Below, piece by piece: positions 38,789 to 49,571 of a stretch of DNA of 64,000 nt. A program made the translations under genes and the position numbers. This stretch comes from Candidatus Cloacimonadales bacterium (GTDB taxonomy: Bacteria > Cloacimonadota > Cloacimonadia > Cloacimonadales > JAFGVF01). The notes beneath the pieces were generated by a model, which saw nothing but the letters and a program-made list of their open reading frames with translations, did not search any database and was not told the origin of the DNA. The stretch's first letter is position 1; each line of letters begins with the position of its first letter. The DNA is taken from the NCBI GenBank assembly GCA_963677495.2, contig CAXXOU010000001.1, positions 32,001 to 96,000 on the forward strand. Reading direction: 5' to 3'.

Positions 38789-40861
38789 ATGAGAATAGGA
38801 CTAATATTCGTATTTTGTTTTGTTATAGCATTACTATCTGGTTTACAGATTAATGGGGACATTAATCAATCCAGTACTTGGTCAGAGGATGTTTATATAA
38901 ATAGTGATGTACTGATTTCAGGGACTGCGGTCATCACTATAGATCCGGGAGTGAATGTAATTTTTACAGGTGGGTATCATATAGAGATAAATGATGAGGT
39001 ACGGATTCTGGCTGGTGGCGAGGGGGCTCCAGTCAGATTCACTGCCGATTGGGACAATGATAATGTGTTCGGAGAAGAGGGTCTGGACAATGAACATTGG
39101 CAAGGATTACGTGTCCAGTATATGGATAATGCAGCAGATTCATCACATTTTGAGAACTGTATATTCGAATATAGTCACAAAGATGGAAGTGAAAACGGAT
39201 ACTCGAACAGGTATGGTGGAGCTATCTTTATAGACCATCATAACAAAGTTGAGTTTAAGAACTGTGAGTTCAGAAATAATTCAATAGAAGGGCCTAGTCA
39301 AGCAAAAGGTGGAGCTGTATATCTGATTTGGTCATCCCCGATCTTTAAAGATTGTTACTTCAATAACAACTCAACTAATGTAACAAATCCATTCCAAGCG
39401 AATGGTGGAGCTGTTTATGGAGAAAGGGCATATTTCGATATGATAAACTGCAGATTTACTAATAATCTTGCTGAAGATGAGGGTGGCGCATTATATCTAA
39501 AACAATCAGATTGGGCTACATTCAACAACGTTATATTAGATAGCAATAATGCTAATGAGGGTGGAGCTGTTTACCTTTATGACGCAGATGTAATAATGGT
39601 GAACTGTACAATTACTGGCAATACAAGTGTTTATGCTGGGGCAATATATAACAAATATAGTGATCCGATGATTGGTAATACAATAATTTGGGGGAACACA
39701 GCAAGTTTTCGAGGTGACCAAATTTATAATGAAATGAGCGAACCTGAGTTTAATAGTTGTTTGGTTGAAGGCAATGATAGTGCTTTTTATAATGATGATA
39801 GTGACGGTTATGTGTATGATGCAGGCTGTATTGATGTTGACCCACAATTTGATAACTCAAACCCTAATACTCCATATATGCTCAGTGTAGATTCACCGGC
39901 TATTGACAGTGGAGCAGACCTATGGTATGCCTACTTATGTGACTATGATTATCTACACAATGCAAGAGTTGTAAATGGTGCTGTGGATATGGGTGTATAT
40001 GAGATTCGGGGAAGTGTAGCCCTACAGCAGACAGTCATGCATTTTGGCGATGTTGTAGTGGATGAACCGGAGACATTGGGATGCTACTTAATTAATGATG
40101 GAAATAATGTAGTTGTAATAAATAGTTTTAGCTCTGATAATGATGTATTTACTACACTTAACAATGATATAGAGATACCTGCTGAGGATAGTATTTTTGT
40201 TGAAGTATCTTTTAATCCTGAAGGGATGAATTCTTATGTTGGAGAACTAACCATCAGTACAGATGCAGGTGACTTCCGTATAACAATGGATGGAGCAGGA
40301 TTGCAAAGAATCATTCAAAACAGCATGGGAATGGTAAATTTTAACTGCCTACTCGGTGAAGAGCGAGTAATTGATCTCAGAATCTCAAATGATGGTAATA
40401 CACCACTAGAGATAACTGAAATGAACATTAACAGTCCCAACTTCACAATCATGGATAACTTACCAATAACAATAGACGCAGGTGGTTTTGTAGAGGTGAA
40501 TTGCCTTTACATACCACAGAATCTTGGTAATGAGCAAGTAACAGTCACAGTTGTTTCCAATGCTCATAATCATCCAAGCTTTGATATGAATATTTCAGGA
40601 ATAGGCGATAAACTTCTTACTCCTGGGAACGTGACAATAACAACCAATGAAGATGTAATTGAGCTAAACTGGGATGAAGTTGAATTTACACAGTACGGAT
40701 ATTCAATAGATAACATCACATATCTGATTGATATCAGTGCAACCCCATCATTCGACCAATACGAACGAATAAATAGTAATAATAACTCTCACCAATACAT
40801 CCCCGGGGTAGATGTAAAAAAAGCTTGGTTCCGAGTAATAGCTCAACACATTAGTAATTAA
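38789..40861 (+). CDS. Secreted beta-helix repeat protein with Ig-like (choice-of-anchor Q/D-like) domains
   Basis: Signal peptide; repeated F.NN...GGA(I/V)Y; SPAIDSG...VDMGVYE; Ig-like I.NDG..PLEI; FN3-like tail ending WFRVIAQ. Confidence 0.75.
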   Translation: MRIGLIFVFCFVIALLSGLQINGDINQSSTWSEDVYINSDVLISGTAVITIDPGVNVIFTGGYHIEINDEVRILAGGEGAPVRFTADWDNDNVFGEEGLDNEHWQGLRVQYMDNAADSSHFENCIFEYSHKDGSENGYSNRYGGAIFIDHHNKVEFKNCEFRNNSIEGPSQAKGGAVYLIWSSPIFKDCYFNNNSTNVTNPFQANGGAVYGERAYFDMINCRFTNNLAEDEGGALYLKQSDWATFNNVILDSNNANEGGAVYLYDADVIMVNCTITGNTSVYAGAIYNKYSDPMIGNTIIWGNTASFRGDQIYNEMSEPEFNSCLVEGNDSAFYNDDSDGYVYDAGCIDVDPQFDNSNPNTPYMLSVDSPAIDSGADLWYAYLCDYDYLHNARVVNGAVDMGVYEIRGSVALQQTVMHFGDVVVDEPETLGCYLINDGNNVVVINSFSSDNDVFTTLNNDIEIPAEDSIFVEVSFNPEGMNSYVGELTISTDAGDFRITMDGAGLQRIIQNSMGMVNFNCLLGEERVIDLRISNDGNTPLEITEMNINSPNFTIMDNLPITIDAGGFVEVNCLYIPQNLGNEQVTVTVVSNAHNHPSFDMNISGIGDKLLTPGNVTITTNEDVIELNWDEVEFTQYGYSIDNITYLIDISATPSFDQYERINSNNNSHQYIPGVDVKKAWFRVIAQHISN

Positions 40862-40871
40862 TTCTCAAACC

Positions 40872-40903
40872 AAAAAAGGGGTAGCGAAGTTGCTACCCCT
40901 TTT
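40872..40903. terminator. Bidirectional terminator
   Basis: AAAAAAGGGGTAGC-GAAGTT-GCTACCCCTTTT between convergent genes. Confidence 0.85.
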
Positions 40904-40914
40904 AAAATATGAAA

Positions 40915-42063
40915 CTATTTCAGCAAGCTATCGTAAAGCCTTTCAATATCTTTTACCAACCGTTCAGATGAAAACATCTCATAAGCTCTTTTAGAAGCTC
41001 TCTCTCCAATTTCAGCGTATGTAGATCCATTGTTAAGCCAATTCATAATTGCATCAACAAAACCGGACACGTCACCTTGATTGAAATAGAATCCATTCTT
41101 ACCGTTCTCAACAAAGTCTGAGACTCCTCCAACGTTAGTAGAAAACACTATCTTTTGCTTAGACATAGCTTCAATCAAAGCAACCGGTGTACCTTCATTA
41201 ATTGATGTCAAGATAACTGCATCAGTTGCAGAATAAACTAATCCCATATCTTGTACCATACCGGTAAAAATGATTCTTTCATTATTACTAATCTTTGAAG
41301 CCTTTGATTTAATCTCATCGAGAAGGTCACCATTGCCTACTACCATGAAGTAAACATTATCATCTAGTTTTAAGACTTGCTCAGCAATCTTTAAGAACAG
41401 AGCATGATTCTTGATGTGAGTAACACGACCTATTATTGAAACTACTTTTGCAGAATCGGGAATATTGTACTGCTCTCTAAGTAGTTTAGCTTTGTTAGTA
41501 TTTGTCTGAATTCTTTCAAAGTCAAATCCCAAAGGTATTACGTCTATCTTCTCAGTCGGAGCTATTGAATAATTGACTAGTTCCTCTTTTTGCAGATGAC
41601 TGATTGCAATAATTCTATCAGATAATCTTGCAAAAAATCTATCAATTGCTTTAAAAACACTTGTCTTAGTTTTTGAGAAGTAACCGTTAAAGATATTACC
41701 ATGATATGTGTGTACAATTATTGGTACTCTGCAAAACCAAGCAGCAATACGTCCAAGAATAGCCGCTTTAGATAGGTGAGTATGTACGATATCAGGTTTT
41801 TCTTTACGAATGAGTTTTATGAGTTCCATTAAGGCTTTGAAGTCATGTGTTAAAGAGATTTCCCTGCTCATATGTTCAATATCGATAGGCTCAACCCCAT
41901 AATTAGTTGCAACATATGACATGTCAGATTCATGAGGTTCTATTTGTCCAACAGCTAGCATTGTACTGAACCTTTCTTTATCTAACTTAGCAGAAAGCAG
42001 TGAAACATGAATTGTTGGGCCACCGACACATAGTCTTGTAGCTATACGTAGTACTTTGTACAT
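40915..42063 (-). CDS. Glycosyltransferase family 4
   Basis: PDIVHTHLSKAAILGR, SINEGTPVALIEAM. Confidence 0.92.
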   Translation of the reverse strand: MYKVLRIATRLCVGGPTIHVSLLSAKLDKERFSTMLAVGQIEPHESDMSYVATNYGVEPIDIEHMSREISLTHDFKALMELIKLIRKEKPDIVHTHLSKAAILGRIAAWFCRVPIIVHTYHGNIFNGYFSKTKTSVFKAIDRFFARLSDRIIAISHLQKEELVNYSIAPTEKIDVIPLGFDFERIQTNTNKAKLLREQYNIPDSAKVVSIIGRVTHIKNHALFLKIAEQVLKLDDNVYFMVVGNGDLLDEIKSKASKISNNERIIFTGMVQDMGLVYSATDAVILTSINEGTPVALIEAMSKQKIVFSTNVGGVSDFVENGKNGFYFNQGDVSGFVDAIMNWLNNGSTYAEIGERASKRAYEMFSSERLVKDIERLYDSLLK

Positions 42064-43133
42064 TATTTCTCCAGTAAAGTCGAGACAGATTTTGCAACAT
42101 TTTCGACAGATATTGAGTTAATACATTTGTAATTATAAGGACAGTTCGTTTGGTCACAAGGACAGCATTGTTCTTTATTGAAATGAACAATGTTTTTATC
42201 ACCAAGAGGACCGGAAATAGAGGGAAGATTGGGGCCCATTAATGCAATAGTCCTCACACCACTAACCCAAGCAATATGCATTGGTCCACTATCATTACCA
42301 ATAAACAGTTTTGATTTTGAGATTAGTTCTTGAGTCTCCTTAAGATTCATTTTACCTGCTAAGTCTTTGACATTATACCGGCAGTATTTAAGAATCTCTT
42401 GGTTCAATTGCTTGTCCTGAGGTCCACCAATAAGTTTAATCTGATTAGGAATCATGCCAAGTTCTGAAATGAGATTATCAATAAATAGTGAGAAATTCTT
42501 TGTTGGCCATCTTCTACCTTCGAAATCAGCACCTGCATGAATGATTATTGAGTTGTCAGTTTCACCTCTTTGGATATAATCAATACTTATTGGTTCTAAG
42601 CCCAATGAATCAAGTATAACATCACTTCTTCGAGCTAGGTGCAAATCCTTCATATCCAGTACTTGGGGATCGATCTTCAACCCAACAGCTTGGTATTTAA
42701 ATGAAGGAATATATGAAGTAGCAAAAGATGTAATATAGCCAAGTATCCTTCTACAACTCAATAATGCAACAATAGAGTGTCTTAAAGCCCAACCGGGAAT
42801 AATTATTAAGTCAAAGCTTTCTTTTCTGATAGCTTTGATTGTATGTAAGTAACTTGAATGTCCAATTATACCATCAATTGCAACCATATTAGCCATCAAA
42901 TCTTTGTAACTATAAGGGAAACAACCCCAAACCTCGAATCGTTCACTCTCTTTCAATCTATTTAGGAATGGGGTAAGACAAACCACGTCTCCAATGCCCA
43001 TTAGGTCAATTACAAGGATCTTACGAATCGATTGTTCCTTGCAGTTACTTGTTAAAGTCTGCTTAATAAAATATAGTATGGAGAAGGCAAACATTATTAT
43101 CTGTTTAGCAAGTTGTCTCGATATCTGTTTCAT
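42063..43133 (-). CDS. Glycosyltransferase family 9 (heptosyltransferase-like)
   Basis: GIGDVV, RRWP, FIGNDSGPMHIA. Confidence 0.9.
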   Translation of the reverse strand: MKQISRQLAKQIIMFAFSILYFIKQTLTSNCKEQSIRKILVIDLMGIGDVVCLTPFLNRLKESERFEVWGCFPYSYKDLMANMVAIDGIIGHSSYLHTIKAIRKESFDLIIIPGWALRHSIVALLSCRRILGYITSFATSYIPSFKYQAVGLKIDPQVLDMKDLHLARRSDVILDSLGLEPISIDYIQRGETDNSIIIHAGADFEGRRWPTKNFSLFIDNLISELGMIPNQIKLIGGPQDKQLNQEILKYCRYNVKDLAGKMNLKETQELISKSKLFIGNDSGPMHIAWVSGVRTIALMGPNLPSISGPLGDKNIVHFNKEQCCPCDQTNCPYNYKCINSISVENVAKSVSTLLEK

Positions 43134-44392
43134 TATGATTCTATTATCTCAGCTAATTGATTGGCTTGGAATTCTCTAGAAAACTGGTATGAGTTTATCG
43201 TTTCCTCTTCTAGAGTAAATTTAACTATTTTTTGGATTGCCTCTTCCATTAGCTTTTTATTATCTGAAGGGACAGCAAAACCTAAATTGTAATCTTGTAT
43301 CAGTTTTTCTAGAATCCCACCTGAAGGGCACATAGCCAATATTGGTTTATTCAATCTAATGTACTCAAAGATTTTACCAGTGATTACACCTTTAGATTTT
43401 TCATCATTATTAACAATAATGACTAATACATCAGCTCCTGAAGCCATTTCCAACGCTTCATGATGATCTTTATATCCTAAAAAGCTAAAGAAATCATATT
43501 TACTTTTAATCGTTTCATGCATTTGTGAAGGAATAGTACCGATACTAATGAACTGAAAATCAAAAGGAAGTGTTAAATTGTCTAAAACCTCCATCAAAGG
43601 TAATGGAGATCTTTTAAAATCATATATCTTTCCCATATAAAAGAAAGTGAATTTATTGTATTTCATGGGTTTCAGATTCTTAAAATCATCTTCATCGTAA
43701 CCGTTTAGAATTAGTTTACTCTTTTGTTTCAGTGGTGGAACAAGTTCTATATACTCATCAAGAATTTGTTTAGTAGTGACTGTAAAATAATCACAACTTT
43801 TAAGAATATGTGTATCTAGCTTTTTAATTCTTTTCAAGCGAGCTAAGTTAACATTTTCCTCAAGTTTTGGTTCAAATTGCCATGAGTCTCTATAATCTGC
43901 AATATAGAATATGCGATCCCCAAGCTTTCTTTTCAACTTTAACCCAATAAGTTGTGCTGAGAAAGGAAAGGACGTGATAAAAACTGTCTTTATTTTCTCT
44001 TTTTTTATTACTTCTAATGCTTTTGCTGTTGCAAATGGAACCCACCCAATCTGCTTGTCATATGGGAAAATCATGTCATTAATGCTCTTAAAAACTTTCC
44101 AAGCAAATGCTTTTAGAAAATTCTTTTTTGCATTACTCACTGTTTCTTTAGTCTTAGCTATATAATCTCTTCCACTTCCTTTCAAACCAAAACTGGCTGT
44201 GTAATGAATCACAACATCCTCTGGAACATCATCACATAATGAGTAATCTAAGACAGTCTTGACAGGTTTTTTGGGAGTAATGACATGTACTTTATGCCCA
44301 GCTCTGGATAAATACTTTACAAATTTTAAGGCTCGCTGAACCCCACTTTCCCCTGTAGGAGGAAACTCATTAATTATCATTAATATTTTCAT
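43133..44392 (-). CDS. Glycosyltransferase family 4-like
   Basis: EFPPTGESGVQR, ADYRDSW, NGYDEDDF, GKIFEY. Confidence 0.88.
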   Translation of the reverse strand: MKILMIINEFPPTGESGVQRALKFVKYLSRAGHKVHVITPKKPVKTVLDYSLCDDVPEDVVIHYTASFGLKGSGRDYIAKTKETVSNAKKNFLKAFAWKVFKSINDMIFPYDKQIGWVPFATAKALEVIKKEKIKTVFITSFPFSAQLIGLKLKRKLGDRIFYIADYRDSWQFEPKLEENVNLARLKRIKKLDTHILKSCDYFTVTTKQILDEYIELVPPLKQKSKLILNGYDEDDFKNLKPMKYNKFTFFYMGKIYDFKRSPLPLMEVLDNLTLPFDFQFISIGTIPSQMHETIKSKYDFFSFLGYKDHHEALEMASGADVLVIIVNNDEKSKGVITGKIFEYIRLNKPILAMCPSGGILEKLIQDYNLGFAVPSDNKKLMEEAIQKIVKFTLEEETINSYQFSREFQANQLAEIIES

Positions 44393-45719
44393 ATAATACC
44401 TTATCGGATTTTAAATGAGTAATAGAATCACTTTTAGAAAGATTTGCCGTGTGATTAACCAGATACAGAATCAACCAGAAGAAAACATTGTTACCAACAT
44501 GACCACTTAGATTGGTATTCACAAATGAAGCAGCTAGAAGTCCAATTAACAAAAGGTTATCTAAATTGCGTAAATTTATTCTTTTTATATTCTTCACAGT
44601 GATTGTAATCATTATAATCAGAGCAAGCAATCCTAGTAACCCCATCTCTGAAGTTATTTCAGTAAAAAGGTTATGAGGATATTTTAGGAAATACTTATCA
44701 AAAGAGCCAAAACCTCCTCCAAATATCACATTTTGTCTGAATAGTTCGTAAGCCTGATATTGTGCTACTACTCTAGATAATGAACTCTTTTTACTACTTT
44801 GAGAACCTGAAAATCTTTCAAGAAAATCGGCTTCTGAAATTGAAATAACAAAACCTACAATAAGAATAAATACCATAGCAATGATGAGTAATTTCTTAAT
44901 ATTAAATCTGGTTTTATATACTATGATTATCATAATTGAAACAATAAATCCCAACAAAGGAGCTCTTGACCCGGTAGCTAGCATGAAAATGAATTGTGCT
45001 ATGCTTACAAAAGAGAGGTAAACTATACTTAAAACTTTATTTCTATAAGTGTATAGCAGAAACAGATTTGAGATTATTGAATATGAAAGATAACGTGCAA
45101 CCCAAATAGGATTAATCCCTAAAGTACTAAATCTGCCAAAATAAAACTTACCTATATGCATTCTTGGACTAAAAAGAGAAACGAAGCAAAGTGATAATAG
45201 AATTACTCCAAAAATATGTATAGCATAGAAAAGTTTCTTAACATCTTTTCTTTCATTTACTACTAGGTTAAGTACAAAGCAACCAATCAAAGTAAATGTA
45301 TAGTAAAGAAGTTTCTCAAAACCATAGTTTTTAGAAGTTGAAAAGGCTACAGTAGAGAAAAGCATCATTAAAAAGAACAGCACAATGGATAAGTTAAAGG
45401 GATGCAAATAAACCTTAACTTGCTTTTTCTTAATAATTGAGAAAAGAAACAATACAAAAAATGGGAACAAATAAAAGGAAACTACATGGAGGATGTTTGG
45501 GCTTGAATTTGTAATAACCTCAAATCCTCTAAGTAGAAAAATATTGCATAGGAATGCAAGTATTGCTCCTATTCCAGTGCTGAATTTGATTGTAACCAAA
45601 ATGCCCAATAGAGATACAATAAAAACGGACTCCATTGGGTAAATAATAATAGAACTAATAACTATTAAGATTGATATAATCGGGGGAAAATAATCTTTCT
45701 TTTCTATAAGAGTTTTCAT
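44370..45719 (-). CDS. O-antigen ligase/Wzy polymerase family
   Basis: Many TMs, TGSRAP, GGGFGSF, YPHNLFTE. Confidence 0.85.
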   Translation of the reverse strand: MKTLIEKKDYFPPIISILIVISSIIIYPMESVFIVSLLGILVTIKFSTGIGAILAFLCNIFLLRGFEVITNSSPNILHVVSFYLFPFFVLFLFSIIKKKQVKVYLHPFNLSIVLFFLMMLFSTVAFSTSKNYGFEKLLYYTFTLIGCFVLNLVVNERKDVKKLFYAIHIFGVILLSLCFVSLFSPRMHIGKFYFGRFSTLGINPIWVARYLSYSIISNLFLLYTYRNKVLSIVYLSFVSIAQFIFMLATGSRAPLLGFIVSIMIIIVYKTRFNIKKLLIIAMVFILIVGFVISISEADFLERFSGSQSSKKSSLSRVVAQYQAYELFRQNVIFGGGFGSFDKYFLKYPHNLFTEITSEMGLLGLLALIIMITITVKNIKRINLRNLDNLLLIGLLAASFVNTNLSGHVGNNVFFWLILYLVNHTANLSKSDSITHLKSDKVLYENINDN

Positions 45720-47134
45720 TTCGCTAAACCATTTTTAAGTTGAAATATATACTTAAGTATTCTCTCTTTATCCCACAAGAACAGAATAGTTGCGAAAATG
45801 GACCATGATAGGAAATAGCAAACGAATTTGTTTAACCCAATATGAAACAATACGACACAAGTAATAATAGCTGAGATAGAAAGAAGAATTGGCTTTAGTG
45901 TATTCTTCATTAGTGATTTCATTTTATAGCTTACAATACTCAAATCAACCTTTAAGCGGATCATTCTAGTTAGCGTATCGCATAATGTAAACGCCACGAT
46001 AGCACCCAAAAAACCATAGAATTGAAAACCAAATATCAATGACAATAATCTCACTGATAGTAAAGAGAATGCATACACAAATCCAATTTCCGGTTTATTC
46101 TTTAATAGTGCTAAACCTGATAAAGGACTTTGTAGCATGTTTACCACCATAAATATGGGGAAATATTTCAAAGCTATATAAGCATTTTCCCAATCAGGAT
46201 TGAACATAAAACCTGAAATTTCATGAGAAAAGAAACTGATCCCAAAATAGATGGGCATGCCTAAAATTATAAAAATGTAATGAAGATTGTTTATTACTTC
46301 ATGTATAATTTTGTTATCACGATTATTAGATAAATATGGTAACATAACACTGGCTACTGATTTCATTATCATAACTGCAGGGACCGCGGTTAAGACAAGT
46401 GGCATTTGAAACTCAACTGCTAAATCTTTTCCCATAATAGTTAAGACAATAATGTTGGGAAGTTGCAACGCAAGATTAACTAAGAGGGCTTCACCACCAG
46501 AAAGAAGCATAAACTTCTTTGCTTTTTTATCGAAGATAGTGTTTTGCTTAATTGGTTTTACAAGCAATCTACCTGATTTATTACAGAAATAGCTTAACAT
46601 TGCCACTTCAATAATCTCAGAGATTAGTAAAGCTCCAATTAAAATTGGTAGTATACTTTTGATGAAAGCAAAACTTATTAAAACCACATTTAGTACTGTT
46701 TGACGTGATATCATTGCAATTGTTATCTGCTTGAATTTTATATCCCCCATCAGTCTAGTAATGAGAAATACTTTATAGACCTCGATGCATGCAATAATTG
46801 CAAATACAACGCCTCCCAGTGGTACACCAGCAAAGAATCTGTCTTTTAAAAAATAAAGTACACCTAGAAACACTGCTCCAAAAAATGAAGTGGTAAATAC
46901 TAATAAGTTCCAATATTTACCTCTAACAGATTTCTCTTCCGCTAAATACAATAGATTGATTCCCATCGGGATAATAGCAAATACTAGCAGAAGTACAGAT
47001 TGGAGAGATTTATATATGGCGATATCACCCTTAGAATAGTAATTGGCTAAAAAAGGTATGGTAATAAAACTTAGAACTCTTGCAAAAACATTACCAAATA
47101 GGTTCCAGAAACTAGATTTTATGAAGTCAGACAT
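45716..47134 (-). CDS. Wzx-type oligosaccharide flippase
   Basis: 472 aa, about 12 TMs, SSFWNLFGN N-terminus, cluster context. Confidence 0.8.
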   Translation of the reverse strand: MSDFIKSSFWNLFGNVFARVLSFITIPFLANYYSKGDIAIYKSLQSVLLLVFAIIPMGINLLYLAEEKSVRGKYWNLLVFTTSFFGAVFLGVLYFLKDRFFAGVPLGGVVFAIIACIEVYKVFLITRLMGDIKFKQITIAMISRQTVLNVVLISFAFIKSILPILIGALLISEIIEVAMLSYFCNKSGRLLVKPIKQNTIFDKKAKKFMLLSGGEALLVNLALQLPNIIVLTIMGKDLAVEFQMPLVLTAVPAVMIMKSVASVMLPYLSNNRDNKIIHEVINNLHYIFIILGMPIYFGISFFSHEISGFMFNPDWENAYIALKYFPIFMVVNMLQSPLSGLALLKNKPEIGFVYAFSLLSVRLLSLIFGFQFYGFLGAIVAFTLCDTLTRMIRLKVDLSIVSYKMKSLMKNTLKPILLSISAIITCVVLFHIGLNKFVCYFLSWSIFATILFLWDKERILKYIFQLKNGLAK

Positions 47135-48279
47135 TAGTTCTTATTTAATACTCCATGTTTTCTCAAAGAATCAAGAACTGATGTATACACTATTATTAAC
47201 ACTAGTGACATTGTAGAAACAAACACAATTAGCAAAGCTCTTTTAGGCTTGGATCTAAGTCCTGCTAACCTTGGTGAATCTATAATCTCCATACTATGAA
47301 CTGATTTTAACTCGTTTATTCTTGCAGTTTCATATATTGGAACCAGATGTTCATACATTAGTTCCTGTAATTTTTGATTTCTAATAAGCTTCTTATATGT
47401 ATATGTATATGTAGGAATTTTCGATAGATTTTTATGTAGCCCGTTTTCCTTATTACTTGATTCTATTTCCTTGATATGTTCAGTTATGAGTGAGTCTTTT
47501 AAAGCTAATTGTTTAACTATTGGAGAATCATGACCAAGAACATGAGATTTTAAGTTATAATCTAGTTCTAGCTTGTATTTTTCAAGAATTATCTGACTAT
47601 AATTATCTAATGCTGTATCTATCTGCTGATTGATTTGATAAGCACTATTATCTGATTGAAATCTCTTTATTGCTAAATCAGCAAGATGCAATTCTTCTTT
47701 AACTTCCTCAACTCTTTTCTCTAAAAACACTCTCACTTCTCTTTGCTTCTTAATATGTTCATTATTATAGTATTTATCAAGAAGTTGAAGTTGGTAATCA
47801 ACAAGATTAAGTGAAAGTTCTTTATCCTGAGTTGTCATAGACACTCTTATCAGTTCTGAAATTTCATCATATGAAACCTTAATAACTTTCTTTGAATAGT
47901 TTTTTAGGGCAATATCCATGGCTTTCAGAGAATCAGGTTCAACGATATCAAAATATTTCATTAAATCAAAATTATTAATTGTATCTTCAGCAAATCTTCT
48001 TGATTTCAGAAGTTCAAAGCAATAAATATTGCTTCTCTCTGGGCTATTAGGATCAGTGAATAGATAGTTTAAGTTTGTTGCCGCACTACTGTTAATTCCA
48101 AGCTTGATATTCTCTGGTTTTAATGATCTAAAGACTGCCGATGAGGTAAATTGTTCCGGGACCAAAAATGCGTATAGAAAAGCAGCTATCGTGCAAACAA
48201 AAAAGCATAAAGAAATCATAACACGATATCTTTTTAAATGAGCGAAGAACCTAAAAGTGTCTAATGTGATTTCAAGCAT
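47134..48279 (-). CDS. Wzz/GNVR polysaccharide co-polymerase
   Basis: Two terminal TMs, coiled coil, IIDSPRLAGLRSKPKR. Start moved to ATG 48279. Confidence 0.82.
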   Translation of the reverse strand: MLEITLDTFRFFAHLKRYRVMISLCFFVCTIAAFLYAFLVPEQFTSSAVFRSLKPENIKLGINSSAATNLNYLFTDPNSPERSNIYCFELLKSRRFAEDTINNFDLMKYFDIVEPDSLKAMDIALKNYSKKVIKVSYDEISELIRVSMTTQDKELSLNLVDYQLQLLDKYYNNEHIKKQREVRVFLEKRVEEVKEELHLADLAIKRFQSDNSAYQINQQIDTALDNYSQIILEKYKLELDYNLKSHVLGHDSPIVKQLALKDSLITEHIKEIESSNKENGLHKNLSKIPTYTYTYKKLIRNQKLQELMYEHLVPIYETARINELKSVHSMEIIDSPRLAGLRSKPKRALLIVFVSTMSLVLIIVYTSVLDSLRKHGVLNKN

Positions 48280-48280
48280 A

Positions 48281-49486
48281 TTAACGTAGTACCAACATTT
48301 GTTTCCAGACTTGTTTCCATTTTGCTCTATCTTCTGCATTTATCGAACTGATAACCAATACAATTATAGATACGAAAATGAATGACAAAAAAGTAGCAAT
48401 CACTACGAACTTCGCTCTTTTAGGTTTAGAACGCATTCCCGCTAATCTTGGATAATCTATAATACTAATATATTCTTTTTCTTTTAAGTATTCAAACCTG
48501 GATGCTTCTAACATTGGGTATAATGAAGTCGTTACTTTTTCTAAAATCCTAGTTCTAATATATAATCTAGCATATTGTTCTGTTATAGAAGGGATATTAC
48601 TTAAACCGAATACATACTTTGAATTAGATAACCCCTTATGTGATTCAAAATCTTGTATCTGTTTTTCCAAAAATTCATCTTCCATTAACAATCTTTTATA
48701 TTCAGGTGATTCCTTTGAATAATTCTCTTCAATAATCATTAACTCTAAATCATTTTCCATACCTGTTGCAACCATTTCGCTATAAGCTTGTAGTAAGATT
48801 TGCTGTTGACTATTTAAACTGATAAGATTGTTTTCCTTCTGAAAATCTTTCATTTGGATAAGAAGGTCATCATATTGCTTATTATATTCGATGAATCTCT
48901 GATTTAAGAAATTATACTCAGATTGTTTTTGTTCTTTATCTATAGCTGTTAACTTTTCTATAGACTTTACTCGATAGAAATTGCAGATATCAACAGATAA
49001 TTGCTTATCTTGTGTTTCCGAACGAACACTTATCACACCTGTTTCCTCAGACAAGTTAACTGAAACTATTTTTTTTAGCTTTAATAGAGCTATATCTAAT
49101 GCTTTTAAGTTGTCTTCTTCTTTTATTTTGAAGTAATTGGTCAGTTCAAATTCATTAATTACTTCCTCTTTAAAACTTCTAGAAGACATTATATTTATCA
49201 GTTTTTGGCCATCTCCTGACGAAGTCAAGGAACCTAACATACTATTTCCAATCATCGAAGTAATATTGTCAGGTATAGCTGATCCGATTGAATCGTTATC
49301 TCTTATCGAAAATGATGTTTTAGAAACCCAGTATTTGGGTAGTAATAGTGCAATTACTACTGATATTATGGCAAATACTGATGTCCATAAGACAATATTC
49401 CATTTCTTATTTACTAATATTAGCAAGTAATCTACTAGCTTTTTATTATCCATTCTGCTTTTCTTAACTCCTATAATAAGGTTCAT
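48281..49486 (-). CDS. Wzz/GNVR polysaccharide co-polymerase (paralog)
   Basis: LLLPKYW, IIDYPRLAGMRSKPKR; the start may be 49453. Confidence 0.85.
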   Translation of the reverse strand: MNLIIGVKKSRMDNKKLVDYLLILVNKKWNIVLWTSVFAIISVVIALLLPKYWVSKTSFSIRDNDSIGSAIPDNITSMIGNSMLGSLTSSGDGQKLINIMSSRSFKEEVINEFELTNYFKIKEEDNLKALDIALLKLKKIVSVNLSEETGVISVRSETQDKQLSVDICNFYRVKSIEKLTAIDKEQKQSEYNFLNQRFIEYNKQYDDLLIQMKDFQKENNLISLNSQQQILLQAYSEMVATGMENDLELMIIEENYSKESPEYKRLLMEDEFLEKQIQDFESHKGLSNSKYVFGLSNIPSITEQYARLYIRTRILEKVTTSLYPMLEASRFEYLKEKEYISIIDYPRLAGMRSKPKRAKFVVIATFLSFIFVSIIVLVISSINAEDRAKWKQVWKQMLVLR

Positions 49487-49571
49487 TGTAGAATTTTGTT
49501 TCGCGTTAATTAGTCAAGAAAAACATATAGAGGTTTAAGTCTCAACAATGCAATCGATTTCTAAAAATTAA

